Source of the DNA: Squalus acanthias
Lineage: Eukaryota
NCBI GenBank assembly: GCA_030390025.1
Contig: JASTWF010000035.1
Location: 1,550,001-1,614,000, forward strand
Direction: 5' to 3'
DNA length: 64,000 bases
Positions within the stretch are counted from its first letter, which is position 1. Each line of letters starts with the position of its first letter. Position numbers and translations under genes: made by a program. Positions 25,086 through 37,245 of this stretch are shown here, in pieces. A model generated the notes under the pieces. That model searched no databases, was not told where the DNA came from, and saw only the letters and a list, made by a program, of their open reading frames with translations.

Positions 25086-26050
25086 ATGTGTTTATCTAAC
25101 TTCCCCTTAACTGCATCTATGCTATTTACCTCAACTACTCCTTGTGGTGGCGAGTTCCACATTCTAACCACTCTCTGGGTAAAGAATTACATAGAATTTA
25201 CAGCACAGAAACAGGCCATATGGCCCAACTGGTCAATGCTTCATCTAACCCCATCAATATATCCTTCTAATCCTTTCTCCCCCATAAGAACATAAGAAAT
25301 AGGAGCAGGAGTAGGCCATTCGTCCCTTCAAGCCTGCTCCGTCATTCAATAAGATCATGGCTGATCTTTTACCTCAACTCTACCTTCCTATACTATCCCT
25401 CATGTGCTTATCTAGCTTCCACTTAAATGCATCTATGCTAATCGCCTCAACTGCTCCCTGTGGTGGCGAGTTCCACATTCTAACTACACTCTGGATAAAG
25501 AACTTTCTCCTGAATTCCCTATTGGATTTATTAGTGACTATCTTATATTTATGGCCCCTAATTTTGATTTTGATCTCCCCCACCGAACCTCTTCCTAATG
25601 TTAAAGACCTCTATTAGATGGAGGCCATTCGGCCCTTCGTGCTTGTGCTGGCTCTTTGAAAGAGTTATTCAATTAGTCCCACTCCCTTGCTCCATCCCCA
25701 CAACCCTGCAAACTTTTTCCTTTTCAAGTATTTATCCAATTCCCTTTTGAAAGTTACTATTGAATCTGCTTCCACCGCCCTTTCAGGCAGCGCATTCCAG
25801 ATCACAACAACTCGCTGTGTAAAAAGAAAATCTCATCTCTCATCGGTGTTTTTTGCCAATTTCCTTAAATTGATGTCCTCTAGTTACCAACCCTCCAGCC
25901 AGGGGAAACAGTTTCTCCTTATTTACCCCAGCTTCTCTAGTCCCTCCACATAACTGAAGTCATTCAAGTAAATTTCCTCTGCACCCTCTCCAAGGCCTTG
26001 ACATCCTTCCTAAATTGTGGTGCCCAGAATTGGACACAATACTCCAGCTG
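25086..26050 (-). mobile_element. Cluster of short antisense CR1 3'-end fragments
   Basis: Repeated FF(T/I)Q.VVR.WN.LP motifs and CR1 hairpin tails on the minus strand. Confidence 0.75.
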
Positions 26051-26410
26051 TGTCCAGTTCTGTGCACCTCACTTTATGTGCAGTGCTGAATAATAAGTTA
26101 CTGAATGTCCCCTGAGCTAACAAAAGACATGTCACAGATTGTCCTGCTCCTAATACCCACTCAAGTAACAAATGAGGCAGACAATAAAGAAATCATTTAC
26201 ATTGACAAGTCTGTCCTAAGCATTGGACAGAGATTAACACAGATGAGTAGCAATGTGGAGGCCATTCGGCCCTTCAAGCACACCCTTCCATCACAGCATC
26301 TAACTGCCTCTTGAATGATCCCGAGCTGGAGCATTAAATTACTGGTCCATGAGTGGGCGCATGATTAGAAAGACACGGATTAATCAGCGACAGTCAGCAT
26401 GGATTTGTTA

Positions 26411-26972
26411 TGTGGATCAAATCAGTCAGTGGATCACGAGTGGAGCTCGGGGCCAGGGATCGTGAGAATATCAGTGCTAATTTGATCCTGTGAGAGATAA
26501 CATCATTCATATCCGAGGCTGGGTCCCAGGAGCGAGGACGAGCCCAGCAGCGAGGTCAAGGCCCAGGAGTGGCGCAGCGTGGACCAGTAGCGGGGTCGGG
26601 AGGACCACACTGCAGCCTACGAAACCCAGGCAGAGAGGACCTGCGGGAAGGAGGGAGGAGGACAGTAGCAGTATGTTTGTGTGTGTGTGCTAGGCCAATG
26701 TAGCAGAGCCTGGTCTCCAATCGTCTTGGATCCCCTTGCCATTGGACCAAGGCCTTGCTCTGTCAAGCCCATGTGGGAGCTGGTGTGCAACGGCCACCCC
26801 ACGTTAAAAGAATTCACGCACAGGCATCTTCCACCCTTTAAAATGAAGTTCGGGACCTGGAATGTCAGGACCCTCATGGCTCGCATTGGACTCATCAGTC
26901 ACCTGAGAACTCATTTTTAATGTGGAAGCAAGTCATCCTCAGTTCCGAGGGGCTGCCTAAGAAGAAGAAGAA
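26411..26972 (+). mobile_element. Bipartite, internally deleted RTE-clade non-autonomous element
   Basis: 5' UTR, then MKFGTWNVRTLM (RTE endonuclease start) fused to RIGLISHLRTH (RTE C-terminal end), short 3' UTR and (AAG)n tail. Interrupts a CR1 fragment (QHGFV|KGRSCLT). Confidence 0.75.
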
Positions 26973-28729
26973 GTTAAGGGAAGGTCGTGTCTGACTATAC
27001 TATATACTATATACTATACGGACCAAGTGCTGGGAAGTGGGATTAGGGTGGATAGCTCTTTGTTGGCCGGCACGGACAAGATGGGCCGAATGGTCTCCTT
27101 CTGTGCTGTAAATGTCTATGATTCTATGATGTCGTTGGATGTTGACGTCAGATCAGTGGGGAGTTCGACATACAATGACCCCAGACAGAGAGCTGAGAAA
27201 GCAGCAGTGTGCAGTTATAGAATAACAGAATTACACAGAAATTACAACACAGAAATGGGCCATTCGACCCAACCAGTCCATGTTGGTGTTTATTCTCCAC
27301 ACGAGCAGTATCCTAATCCCATGTGCCTGCACGGGCCCTACATTCCTTTATTCCCCTTTCCTTCACCAACCTCTCTAACCTATTCTTAACAGTTGACATG
27401 GTCTCTGCTTCAGTCACTAACTCCAGTTGTACATTCCACAGCCTCACAACCCTCTGTGCAATAAATGTTTCTCCTGCTCTCTGTCCTAAATCACTTGCAT
27501 TTAATCTTATATCTATGTCCCCTTGTTCTAGACCCTCAATCACTGGAAACATGGAATGAGAAAAGGCCATTCGACCCAGTTGTCCAATCCACCCAATCGT
27601 GGACTCCACCCAGCTCACTTCAACTGCTGAAAAGCCACTCCCTGCCAACACGTCAGAACGCTCTGTACATAACTGGCAGTCAAGTTTGCCTACATAACAA
27701 CAGTGACTACACTTCAAAAGCTGTCAAGCCCTTTGGGAAGTAAAGAAGATGCGAAAGGTGCTATATAAATGCTTTTTCTCCTTCTCTGGATAAGGGAATG
27801 CCCCTGGAATATGCTTCCATAGGCACCAGGTGCCCTCCAGAGTCCAGACCCTCACTCAAATGTCTTTGACAGTGAGTCTTGACAGGCTATTCAATCGCAG
27901 GGGCATCACAGCCAAGCTCGAGTCTACCTTCACCTCGACGTCCACGCATGACAACGGGTCACTGGATTTGTTCGGGGCGGGAGCTCTGTCCCATTTGCTC
28001 CTCACACTAACCCGTGTACTGAAGCCAATTGCAGCTCCCATAGCAGGCACTGGGCTAACTCAGCACAGAACAACGATGGAACATCAAGGCTGTGTTTTAT
28101 TGAGCAGCCAGATGAGGCCAAGACGTGGGAAGTGGTGTTCCACAAGGATCGGTTGCGACCAATGTTGTTCACCACTTACATAAAGGATTTGGACTCAGGA
28201 ATCATAAGTACAATTTCAAAATTTGCAGATGACACCAAATTGGGGAGTACAGTAAATACAAGAACACTTTAATAAACCAGCAGAATGGCGGTGTAATTGG
28301 CAATGATTTTCAGGTTTCCACCCCTGTCACAGCACTGAAACGGTCCTTATCAAAGTCACAAATGACATCCTATGTGACTGTGACCATGGTAAACTATCCC
28401 TCCATCATTCTTGACCTGTTGGTGTCAAATTCTGTATGATAACGCTCCTGTGAAGCGTCTTGGGACATTTTACTGCTTTAAAGGTGCTGTATAAATGCAA
28501 GTTGTTGTTGTAGAGAAGCGTGAGGTGGTGCATTTTGGTAGGAAGAATAAGGAGGCCGAGTCTGTAGCCTCCTTATGTAGTAAACAATGCGGAGGATAGT
28601 AACAGATTTCAAGAGGACATAGACAGACTGGTAAAATGTACATACACACGGCAGATGCAATTTAATGCAAAGAAGTGTGAAGTGATACATTTTGGTAGGA
28701 AGAATGAGGAGAGGCAATATACACTAAAT

Positions 28730-29579
28730 CGCAACTCCTCAGATAATGAAGCAGTCCATACCCGCATGCAACAAGACCGGGACGATATTTAGGCTTGGGC
28801 TGATAAGTGGCAGGTAACATTTGCGCCACACAAGTGCCAGGCAATGACTATCTCCAACAAGAGAGAGTCAAACCACCTCTCGACATTCAAAAGCATTACC
28901 ATCGTCGAATCCCCCACCATCAATATCGGTCATCATTGACCAGAAACTTAACTGGACCAGCCAGATAAATACTGTGGCTACAAGTGCAGGTCAGAGGCTG
29001 GGTATTCTACAGCGAGTGTCTCACCTCCTGACTCCTCAAAGCCTTTCCACCATCTACAAGGCACAAGTAAGGAGTGTGATGGAGTACTCTCCACTTGCCT
29101 GGATGAGTGCAGCTCCAACAACACTCAAGAAGCTCGACACCATCCAGGACAAAGCAGCCCGCTTGATTAGCACCCCATCCACCACCTTAAACATTCACTC
29201 CCTCCACCACTGGCACACCGTGGCTGCATCTGTACCAACTACAAGATGCACTGCAGCAACTCGCCAAGGCTTCTTCGACAGCACCTCCCAAACCCATAAC
29301 CTCTACCGCCTAGAAGGACAAGGGCAGCAGGCTCATGGGAACACCATCACCTGCAAGTTCCCCTCCAAGTCACACACGATCCTGACTTGGAACTATCTCG
29401 CTGTTCCTTCATCGTCGCTGGGTCAAAATCCTGGAACAGCACTGTGGGAGTACCTTCACCACACGGACTGCAGTGGTTCAAGAAGGCGGCTCACCACCAC
29501 CTTCTCAAGGGCAATTAGGGATGGGCAATAAATGCTGGCCTTGCCAGCAACGCCCACATCCCAAGAATGAATTAAAAAA
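28730..29579 (+). mobile_element. 5'-truncated LINE of the second (CR1/L2-group) family, inserted in a CR1 fragment
   Basis: AWADKWQVTFAPHKC, IYKAQVRSVMEYSPLAW; 3' end GGGATGGGCAATAAATGCTGGCC; ACTAAAT duplicated at the flanks. Confidence 0.8.
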
Positions 29580-29924
29580 ACTAAATGATGGAATTTTAAA
29601 TGGAGTGCAGGAACAGAGAGACCTGGGGGTGCATGGACACAAATCGCTGAAGGTGGCAAGAAAACTTGAGAAGGTTGTTAAAAAAGCATGTGGGATCCTT
29701 GGCTTTATTAATAGAGGAATAGAGAACAAAAGCAAGGAAGTTATGCTTAACCTTTATAAAACACAAGTTTGGCCTCAGCTGGAGTATTGTGTTCAATCTG
29801 GGCACCGCAGCAGGGGGCCCAATATCGTGAGTCCTAGCACTACTTAAAGCTAGCCTGCACCTCTTAAAGGGGAGGTGCATTGTGGCTGCTGGTGGTGCTG
29901 AGAGCATTCTGAATATTGTGCTGT

Positions 29925-30266
29925 GGAAGACTCTCGCTTGTTGGAGATAGTCATTGCCTGGCACTTGTGTGGCATGAATGTTACCTGCCACTTATCAGCC
30001 CAGCCTGAACGTCGCCAGGTCTTGTTGCATGTGGGCATGGACTGCTTCATTATCTGAGGAGTTGTGAATGGCACTGAACACTGCAGTCATCAGCGAACAT
30101 CCCCATTTCTGACCTTATGTTGGAGGGAAGGTCATTGATATAGCAGCGGAAGATGGTTGGGCCTAGGACACTGCCCTGTGGAACTCCTGCAGCGATGTCC
30201 TGTGATGATTGAGCTCCAAACATCACAACCATCTTCCTTTGTGCTAGGTATGACTCCAGCCAGTGG
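29925..30266 (-). mobile_element. Antisense RT fragment of the second LINE family
   Basis: [30 protein letters not shown]. Confidence 0.8.
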
Positions 30267-30382
30267 GATGTGGGCATCGAGTTGGAGTTAAAGGTAGTTT
30301 CTCAGAGAGATTGGAAGTGGGTAGTGGTATACCACAGGTTTCAGTTCTAGGGGCCACTTCTATTCACTGTAAATGTCAATGA

Positions 30383-32222
30383 TTTACCCCCTGAACAGTA
30401 CCCATGTTGTACCCCCTGAACAGTACCCATGTTGTACCCCCTGAACAGTACCTGTGCTGTACCCACTGAACAGTGCCCGTGCTGTACCCCATGAACAGTA
30501 CCCATGCTGTACCCACTGAACAGTGCCCGTGCTGTACCCCCTGAACAGTACCCATGCTGTACCACCTGAACAGTGCCCGTGCTGTACCCACTGAACAGTG
30601 CCCATGCTGTACCCCCTGAACAGTACCCGTGCTGTACCACCTGAACAGTGCCCGTGCTGTACCCCCTGAACAGTACCCGTGCTGCACCCCTGAACGGTAC
30701 CCGTGCTGTAACCCCTGAACAGTGCCCGTGCTGTAACCCCTGAACGGTGCCCGTGCTGCACCCCTGAATGGTACCCGTGCTGTAACCCCTGAACGGTGCC
30801 CGTGCTGTACCCCCTGAACGGTGCCCGTGCTGTGCCCCTGAGCGGTACCCGTGCTGTGCCCCCTGAACGGTGCCCGTGCTGTACCCCCTGAACGGTGCCC
30901 GTGCTGTACCCCCTGAACAGTACCCCTGCTGTAACCCCTGAACGGTGCCCGTGCTGTACCCCCTGAACGGTGCCCGTGCTGTGCCCCTGAGCGGTACCCG
31001 TGCTGTGCCCCCTGAACGGTATCCGTGCTGTACCCCTGAACGGTACCCGTGCTGTACCCCCTGAACGGTACCCATGCTGTACCCCCTGAACGGTACCCGT
31101 GCTGTACCCCTGAATGGTACCCGTGCTGTACCCCTGAACAGTACCCGTGCTGTACCCCCTGAACGGTACCCGTGCTGTAACCCCTGAACGGTGCCCGTGC
31201 TGTACCCCCTGAACGGTGCCCGTGCTGTGCCTCTGAACGGCACCCGTGCTGTACCCCCTGAGCGGTACCCGTGCTGTACCCCCTGAACAGTGCCCGTGCT
31301 GTACCCCCTGAACAGTACCCGTGCTGTACCCCTGAACAGCACCCGTGCTGTACCCCCTGAACGGTGCCCGTGCTGTGCCCCTGAGCGGTACCCGTGCTGT
31401 ACCCCCTGAACGGCACCCGTGCTGTGCCCCTGAGCGGTACCCGTGCTGTACCCCTGAACGGTACCCGTGCTGTACCCCCTGAACGGTGCCCGTGCTGTGC
31501 CCCTGAGCGGTACCCGTGCTGTACCCCTGAACGGCACCCGTGCTGTACCTCTGAACGGTACCCGTGCTGTACCCCCTGAAAAGTACCCTTGCTGTACCCC
31601 CTGAAAAGTACCCGTGCTGTACCCCCTGAAAAGTACCCATGCTGTACCCCCTGAACAGTACCCGTGCTGTACCCCCTGAACAGTACCCATGCTGTACCCC
31701 TTGAACAGTACCCGTGCTTTACCCCCTGAACAGTACCCATGCTGTACCCCCTGAACAGTGCCCGTGCTGTACTCCTGAACGGTACTCGCGCTGTACCCCC
31801 TGAACAGTACCCATGCTGTACCCCTGAACAGTGCCCGTGCTGTACCCCCTGAACAGTGTCCGTGCTGTACCCCTGAACAGTGCCCGTGCTGTACCCCTGA
31901 ACAGTACCCGTGCTGTACCCCTGAACGGTACCCGTGCTGTACCCCTGAACAGTACCCGTGCTGTACCCCTGAACAGTACCCGTGCTGTACCCCTGAACGG
32001 TACCCGTGCTGTACCCCTGAACGGTACCCGTGCTGTACCCCCTGAACAGTACCCGTGCTGTACCCCCTGAACAGTACCCGTGCTGTACCCCCTGAACAGT
32101 ACCCGTGCTGTACCCCCTGAACAGTACCCGTGCTGTACCCCCTGAACAGTACCCGTGCTGTACCCCTGAACAGTGCCCGTGCTGTACCCACTGAACAGTA
32201 CCCGTGCTGTACCCCTGAACGG
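30383..32222. repeat. 24/25-bp minisatellite (ACCCCCTGAACAGTACCCGTGCTGT)n
   Basis: About 1.84 kb of directly visible tandem units. Confidence 0.97.
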
Positions 32223-32322
32223 TATGATTTGTACCTCAGACCATTTCCTCATTGCACAGTGTTCTCAGTATTTATGGAAGTACAGAGGTGCTGAGACTTA
32301 AACCGTCACTGTTCTTCCTCAC

Positions 32323-32481
32323 CTGAAGCAGTTCCTTGCTGACTTAAAGTAGCTCCTTTAATCTCGGTGTCCCAATCAGCTCCTGGTGAATGACCGGTGG
32401 ATGTGTTACCGGGGACAGCTAACAACGTCCCGCTTCTGAGAGCAATCACAGTGTCACCGGGAGTCTCTTCATTGTCTGCTG
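32323..32481 (-). CDS. Probable host exon upstream of the ADAM prodomain exon (Thr/Ser/Gly-rich linker)
   Basis: 159-bp open exon, acceptor tctttcag, donor gtgagg, phase 1 to 1. Reads ADNEETPGDTVIALRSGTLLAVPGNTSTGHSPGADWDTEIKGATLSQQGTAS(G). Splices in frame to 22468-22577; unique sequence. Confidence 0.55.
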
Positions 32482-33957
32482 CTGAAAGATTTAAAACCTG
32501 GCACCAGATCAGCAATACCGAACACACACTGCTGGCAAACATTGTGAATAATCACAACCTGTTGCTCTCCACCTTGAAGTACTCTCCCTCTATTGACACA
32601 GTTTTCTCTGCCTGTCTTTCTTTCCCTCTGGAGTTTCTCTGTCCTTCGCGCTCTGTCAATCTGCCTCTGTGTCAGCTTGTTTTTGATTCCATCTGTGTCA
32701 GCCTGTGGTTCATGTGAGGATCAACTTTGTAACCGCCCTAGCCTTGCCCAGGAAGTAGGAGGAGGAAGTGAAACATGGAATTTTGAACAAGAGACAGGTT
32801 TGAACAAGTTGGGGGCAGGACCAAGCATTTGGACAGACAGTGCATTCTGCTGCTACATTGCAAACTCCAACAGCACAGATACTGAAAGCACAGAGGTAGG
32901 CTTCTGGCTTCCTGTGCATTACCGAGGGAGTGCTGAATTGTCAGAGGTGCCATCTTTTGGAGTGAAGCTAGGGATAAAATGAGTGAGAAAGGTATAGAAG
33001 GAGCAGAATTCTTAAAATAGACCAGGAATAAAAGTTCTCAATTGGGGAAAAGCTAATTTTACTAAGCTGAGATGTGATTTATCTAAAAGTGGACTGGAGA
33101 CAGAAACTTGAAGGTAAATCAATGTCAGAGCAGTGGGAGCCATTCAAGGAGGAGATAGTGAAGGTTCAGAGCAAGTATGTTCCCTTAAAGAAAAAGGGTG
33201 GGACTAACAAATCTCAAGCTGCCTGGATGTCAAGGGACATACAGGGAAGGTTAAAGAAAAAAAGGGAAGCTTATGACAGATACCGAGGGCTCAATACTGC
33301 AGAAACCCGAGAGGAGTACAGAAAGTGCAGGGGTGAAATTAAAAAGGAAATTAGGAAAGCAAAGAGAGGGCATGAAAAAATATTGGCAAGTAAAATCAAG
33401 GAAAACCCAAAGATGTTTTATAAATACATTAAGAGCAAGAGGATAATTAAAGTAAGAGTAGGGCCTATTCGGGACCATAAAGGTAATCTGTGTGTGGAGG
33501 CAGAAGACATGGGATGGTTCTTAATGAATACTTGCATCTGTTTTCACAAAGGAGAGGGACGATGTAGAAATTGCAATCAGGGAAGTGTGTGAAATATTAG
33601 ATGAAATAAACATAGTGAAAGAGGAAGTATTAAGGGGTTTAGCATCTTTGAATGTGGATAAATCCCCAGGCCCGGATTAAATGTATCCCAGACTGTTAAG
33701 AGAAGCAAGGGAAAAAATAGCAGAGGCTCTGACCATCATTTTCCAATCCTCTCTGGCTACAGGTGTGGTGCTGGGGACTGGAGGACTGCTAATGTGGTAC
33801 CGTTGTTTAAAAAGGGAGAAAGGGATAGACCGAGTAATTACAGGCCAGTCAGCCTAACCTCGGTGCTGGGAAAATTATTGGAAAAAATTCTGAGGGACAG
33901 GCTAAATCTTCATTTAGAAAGACACGGATTAATCAGGGACAGTCAGCATGGATTTGT

Positions 33958-34189
33958 CTCTTAATGTCTCTTCCTCTCCCCCTTTGTTCTTTTATCCCCT
34001 CCCCCTTTTCCCAGCTTTACCCTGGCCTTAAATCCATTTGATTTCCGGCTCTTCACAGTTCTGACGAAAGGTCATCGACCTGAAACGTTAACTCTCTTTC
34101 TCTCTCCACGGATGCTGCCTGGCCTGCTGAGTTTTTCCAGCATTTTCTGTTGTTATTTCAGATTTCCAGCATCCGCAGTATTTTGCGAT
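33958..34189 (+). mobile_element. Penelope-like 3' fragment with TSD TGGATTTGT
   Basis: Direct repeat at 33949-33957 and 34190-34198; homologous to 17745-18000. Confidence 0.82.
34057..34093 (+). ncRNA. Minimal hammerhead ribozyme motif
   Basis: AGTT-CTGACGA-A-AGGTC(ATC)GACCT-GAAACGTT-AACT. Confidence 0.8.
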
Positions 34190-36161
34190 TGGATTTGTTA
34201 AGGGAAGGTCGTGTCTGACTAACCTGATTGAATTTTTTGAGGAGGTAACAAGGAGGGTCGATGAGGGTGGTGTATTTGATGTAGTCTATACAGGTTTTAG
34301 CAAGGCTTTTGATAAGGTCCCACATAGCAGACTGGTCACGAAAGTAAAAGCCCATGGGATCCAAGGCAAAGTGGTAAGTTGGAACCGAAATTGGCTCAGA
34401 GGCAGGAAACAAAGGGTAATGGTCGAAAGCTGTTTTTGTGACTGGAAGGCTGTTTCCAGTGGGGTTCCGAGGGCTCAGTACTAGGTCCTTTGCTTTTTGT
34501 GGTATATATCAATGATTTAGACTTGGATGTAGGAAGTATGATTAAGAAGTTTGCTGATGATACAAAAATTGGCCGTGTGGTTGATAATGAAGAAGAAAGC
34601 TGTAGACTGCAGGAAGATATAAATGGTCAGGTGGGCAGAACAGTGGCAATTGGAATTCAATCCGGAGAAGTGTGAGGTAATGCATTTGGGGAGGGCTAAC
34701 AAGGCAAGGGAATACACAATAAATGGTAGGACACTGAGAAGTGCAGAGGATCAGAGGGACCTTAGAGTGTATGTCCACAGATCCCTGAAGGTAGCAGGAC
34801 AGGTAGATAAGGTGGTTAAGAAGGCATACGGGATACTTTCCTTTATTAGCCGAGGCATAGAATATAAGAGCAGGGAGGTTATGCTTGAACTGTATAAAAC
34901 ACCAGTTAGGCCGCAGCTAGAATACTGCGTGCAGTCTGGTCACCACATTACAGGAAGGATGTGATTGCACTAGAGAGGGTACAGAGGAGATTTACGAGGT
35001 TGTTGCCTGGGCTGGGGAATTTTAGCTATGAGGAAAGATTGGAGAGGCTGGGGTTGTTTTCTTTGGAACAGAGGAGGCTGAGGGGAGACCTAATTGAGGT
35101 GTATAAAATTATGAGGGGCCTAGATAGTGTGGATACGAAGGACCTATTTCCCTTAGCAGAGGGGTCGATAACCAGGGGGCATAGATTTAAAGTGATTAGT
35201 AGGAGGTTTAGAGGGGATGTGGTGGAACTTACTGCCTGAAAGGGTGGTAGAGGTAGAAACCCTCATCACATTTAAAAAGTACTTGGATGTGCACTTGAAG
35301 TGCCGTAACCTACAGGGCTACGGACCAAGAGCTGGAAAGTGGGATCAGGCTGGATAGCTCTTTGTCGGCTGGCACGGACAAGATGGGCCAAATGGCCTCC
35401 TTCTGTGCTGTAAATTTCTATGATTCTAAGATTGCTTACACGGTTACTTCTCCCTACTGGGAGTTGGAGGGGTGGTGGGGGCCTCCTGTGGCGCCCCTGC
35501 TACCAAGGGAGAGCTCGCTGTCAAGTAAGGGAAATGGAGTGGGGCAGCAACAGAACACATCAACCAATGCACAATGGGGCGAGGAGACCAAAAGACGGAA
35601 TGGCTGCAGTGTTTGTAGACCTCAGCCAAGACCCAGACCTACAACGAATCTGGCAAAAGAACCAGAGGGGAGACGAGGAGATATTTTTACGCAGCGAGTA
35701 AAGGCAGATTCAATAGTAAATTTCAAAAGGGAATTGGCTAAATACTTGAAGGGGAAAAATTTGCAGGGCTATGGGGAAAGAGCAGGGGGAGTGGGATTAT
35801 TGGATAGCTCTTTCAAAGAGCCGGCACAGGCACGATGGACCAATGGCTTCCTTCTGTGCTGTAAGTTTCTATGATTCTACTAAAGGGAAGTGCTGGGTTC
35901 CCTTTGGAGGGGGAGAGGGCCTCTAACTCTGCATTTCGCCCCCTCCCACTCCACCATCACTGGCACAACCTACAGCTGTCACACCCCTCACACTGGCACA
36001 TTCGCCTCGACCTCCTGCCTGTCTACTGTTCTGCCCATCTGCAAAAACCTTCTCATATCCTCCGTCTCTGACCGTTCATGCATTCACTTGCCATGACTTT
36101 TCTCCCACTTTCTGTTGAGTGACCTCTGACCCCCTGTGAAACAATGTGGAATATACTATTA

Positions 36162-36415
36162 CAGGTTGAGCGTCCAAAATCCGGAGTTCCGGAATCCGGA
36201 CTCCGGGACGATTGGTGGCAGGGTTGTCTGGAATCCGTAAAATGTTCCGGAATCCGGACACCCTGAGGGAGGCTTACCAAAAAACGGAAATATCGCAACC
36301 TGGGCCCAGGCATTTCCGTACTTCGGACATCAGAAACACGTTCCGAAGTCCGGAAAAACCCGAAAACCGGCTCAGCCTTGGTCCCGACGTTGCCGGATTC
36401 GAGACGCTCAACCTG
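36162..36415. mobile_element. Tc1/mariner-superfamily (Tigger/pogo-like) MITE
   Basis: 23-bp imperfect TIRs starting CAGGTTGAGCGTC, TA duplication on both sides, many internal TCCGGA palindromes. Confidence 0.88.
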
Positions 36416-36621
36416 TATATCAGAGAACAGTGCAGGTACAGCTTGTCATTTCAGTTGTTCTAAATATTGTTTCCACTTTCCAGAATTTGCAACTTAATCA
36501 ATCCCTCCTCAGTGATCAGTTTGTGAAATCTCACTGACTGCAGATTACACAATGGTTCACCTGTTATACAAAGATTTCTGTGCTGTTCATTCAAATCTCT
36601 TCCAAAATGAGATTACAACAC

Positions 36622-36945
36622 AACGGCAAGCTGTAACCAGTGAAGTGCCGCAAGGATCAGTGCTTGGGCCTCAGCTATTTACAATCTATATCAATGACTT
36701 AGATGAAGGGACCGAGTGTAATATATCCAAGTTTGCTGACGATACAAAGCTAGATGGGAAAGTAAGCTGTGAGGAGGACGTAAAAAGGCTGCAAAGGGAT
36801 ATAGACCGGTCAAGTGATTGGGCAAGAAGGTGCCAGATGGAGTATAATGTGGGGAAGTGTGAAATTATCCACTTTGGTAGGAAGAATAGAAAAGCAGAGT
36901 ATTTTTGAAAAGGTGAGAGACTGGTAAATGTTGATATTCAGAGGG
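36622..36945 (+). mobile_element. CR1 RT fragment
   Basis: [20 protein letters not shown]...FADDTK. Confidence 0.85.
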
Positions 36946-37245
36946 ATTCTCTTGCAAAATGGCCCCTTCCTTCACAATTATAACAAACCCTTTCATCTAT
37001 CCCCAGGCTAGGCTTGAAAGGTTTACCCTCCTGCTGCCATTTCCTGGGGGCTCCCCCTTTCATTTTGCACACCTTCCCTTTAGGCTGATTCACTTTACCC
37101 ATTTCCCGCTTCTCATCTTGACGGGACTCAAATAACCGAATAGTCATTTTCCGTAACACCTTCTCCTCAGTGTGGTCGTTATCAATTTCGAACCAGTTTT
37201 CCATATGAGCCCTTATATCGGACAAACTATGGCTAGTCAGGGTCC
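36946..37245 (-). pseudogene. Orphan gag fragment (capsid end plus nucleocapsid zinc knuckle) from an LTR element
   Basis: Open frame ending CYNCEGRGHFARES (CX2CX4H; the last Cys position falls at the junction), preceded by a basic linker. Confidence 0.7.

Larger units (their letters stand above)
32980..35427 (+). mobile_element. 5'-truncated CR1 LINE of a different subfamily, with a Penelope-like insert
   Basis: KENPKMFYKY, KSPGPD, FADDTK, RPQLEYCVQ; TTCTATGA-type tail. Confidence 0.88.

Noticed and set aside
30347..32252. Long GTARV/GYSTG/GVQHG repeat ORFs, or a CRISPR-like array
   Set aside because: Head-to-tail 24/25-bp repeat with no unique spacers; eukaryotic context; no cas genes.
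32306..32542. ORF-track signal peptide MFASSVCSVLLIWCQVLNLSA as the gene start
   Set aside because: It starts at a non-ATG codon and spans a good splice acceptor at 32482-32484, so it is more likely intron read-through.
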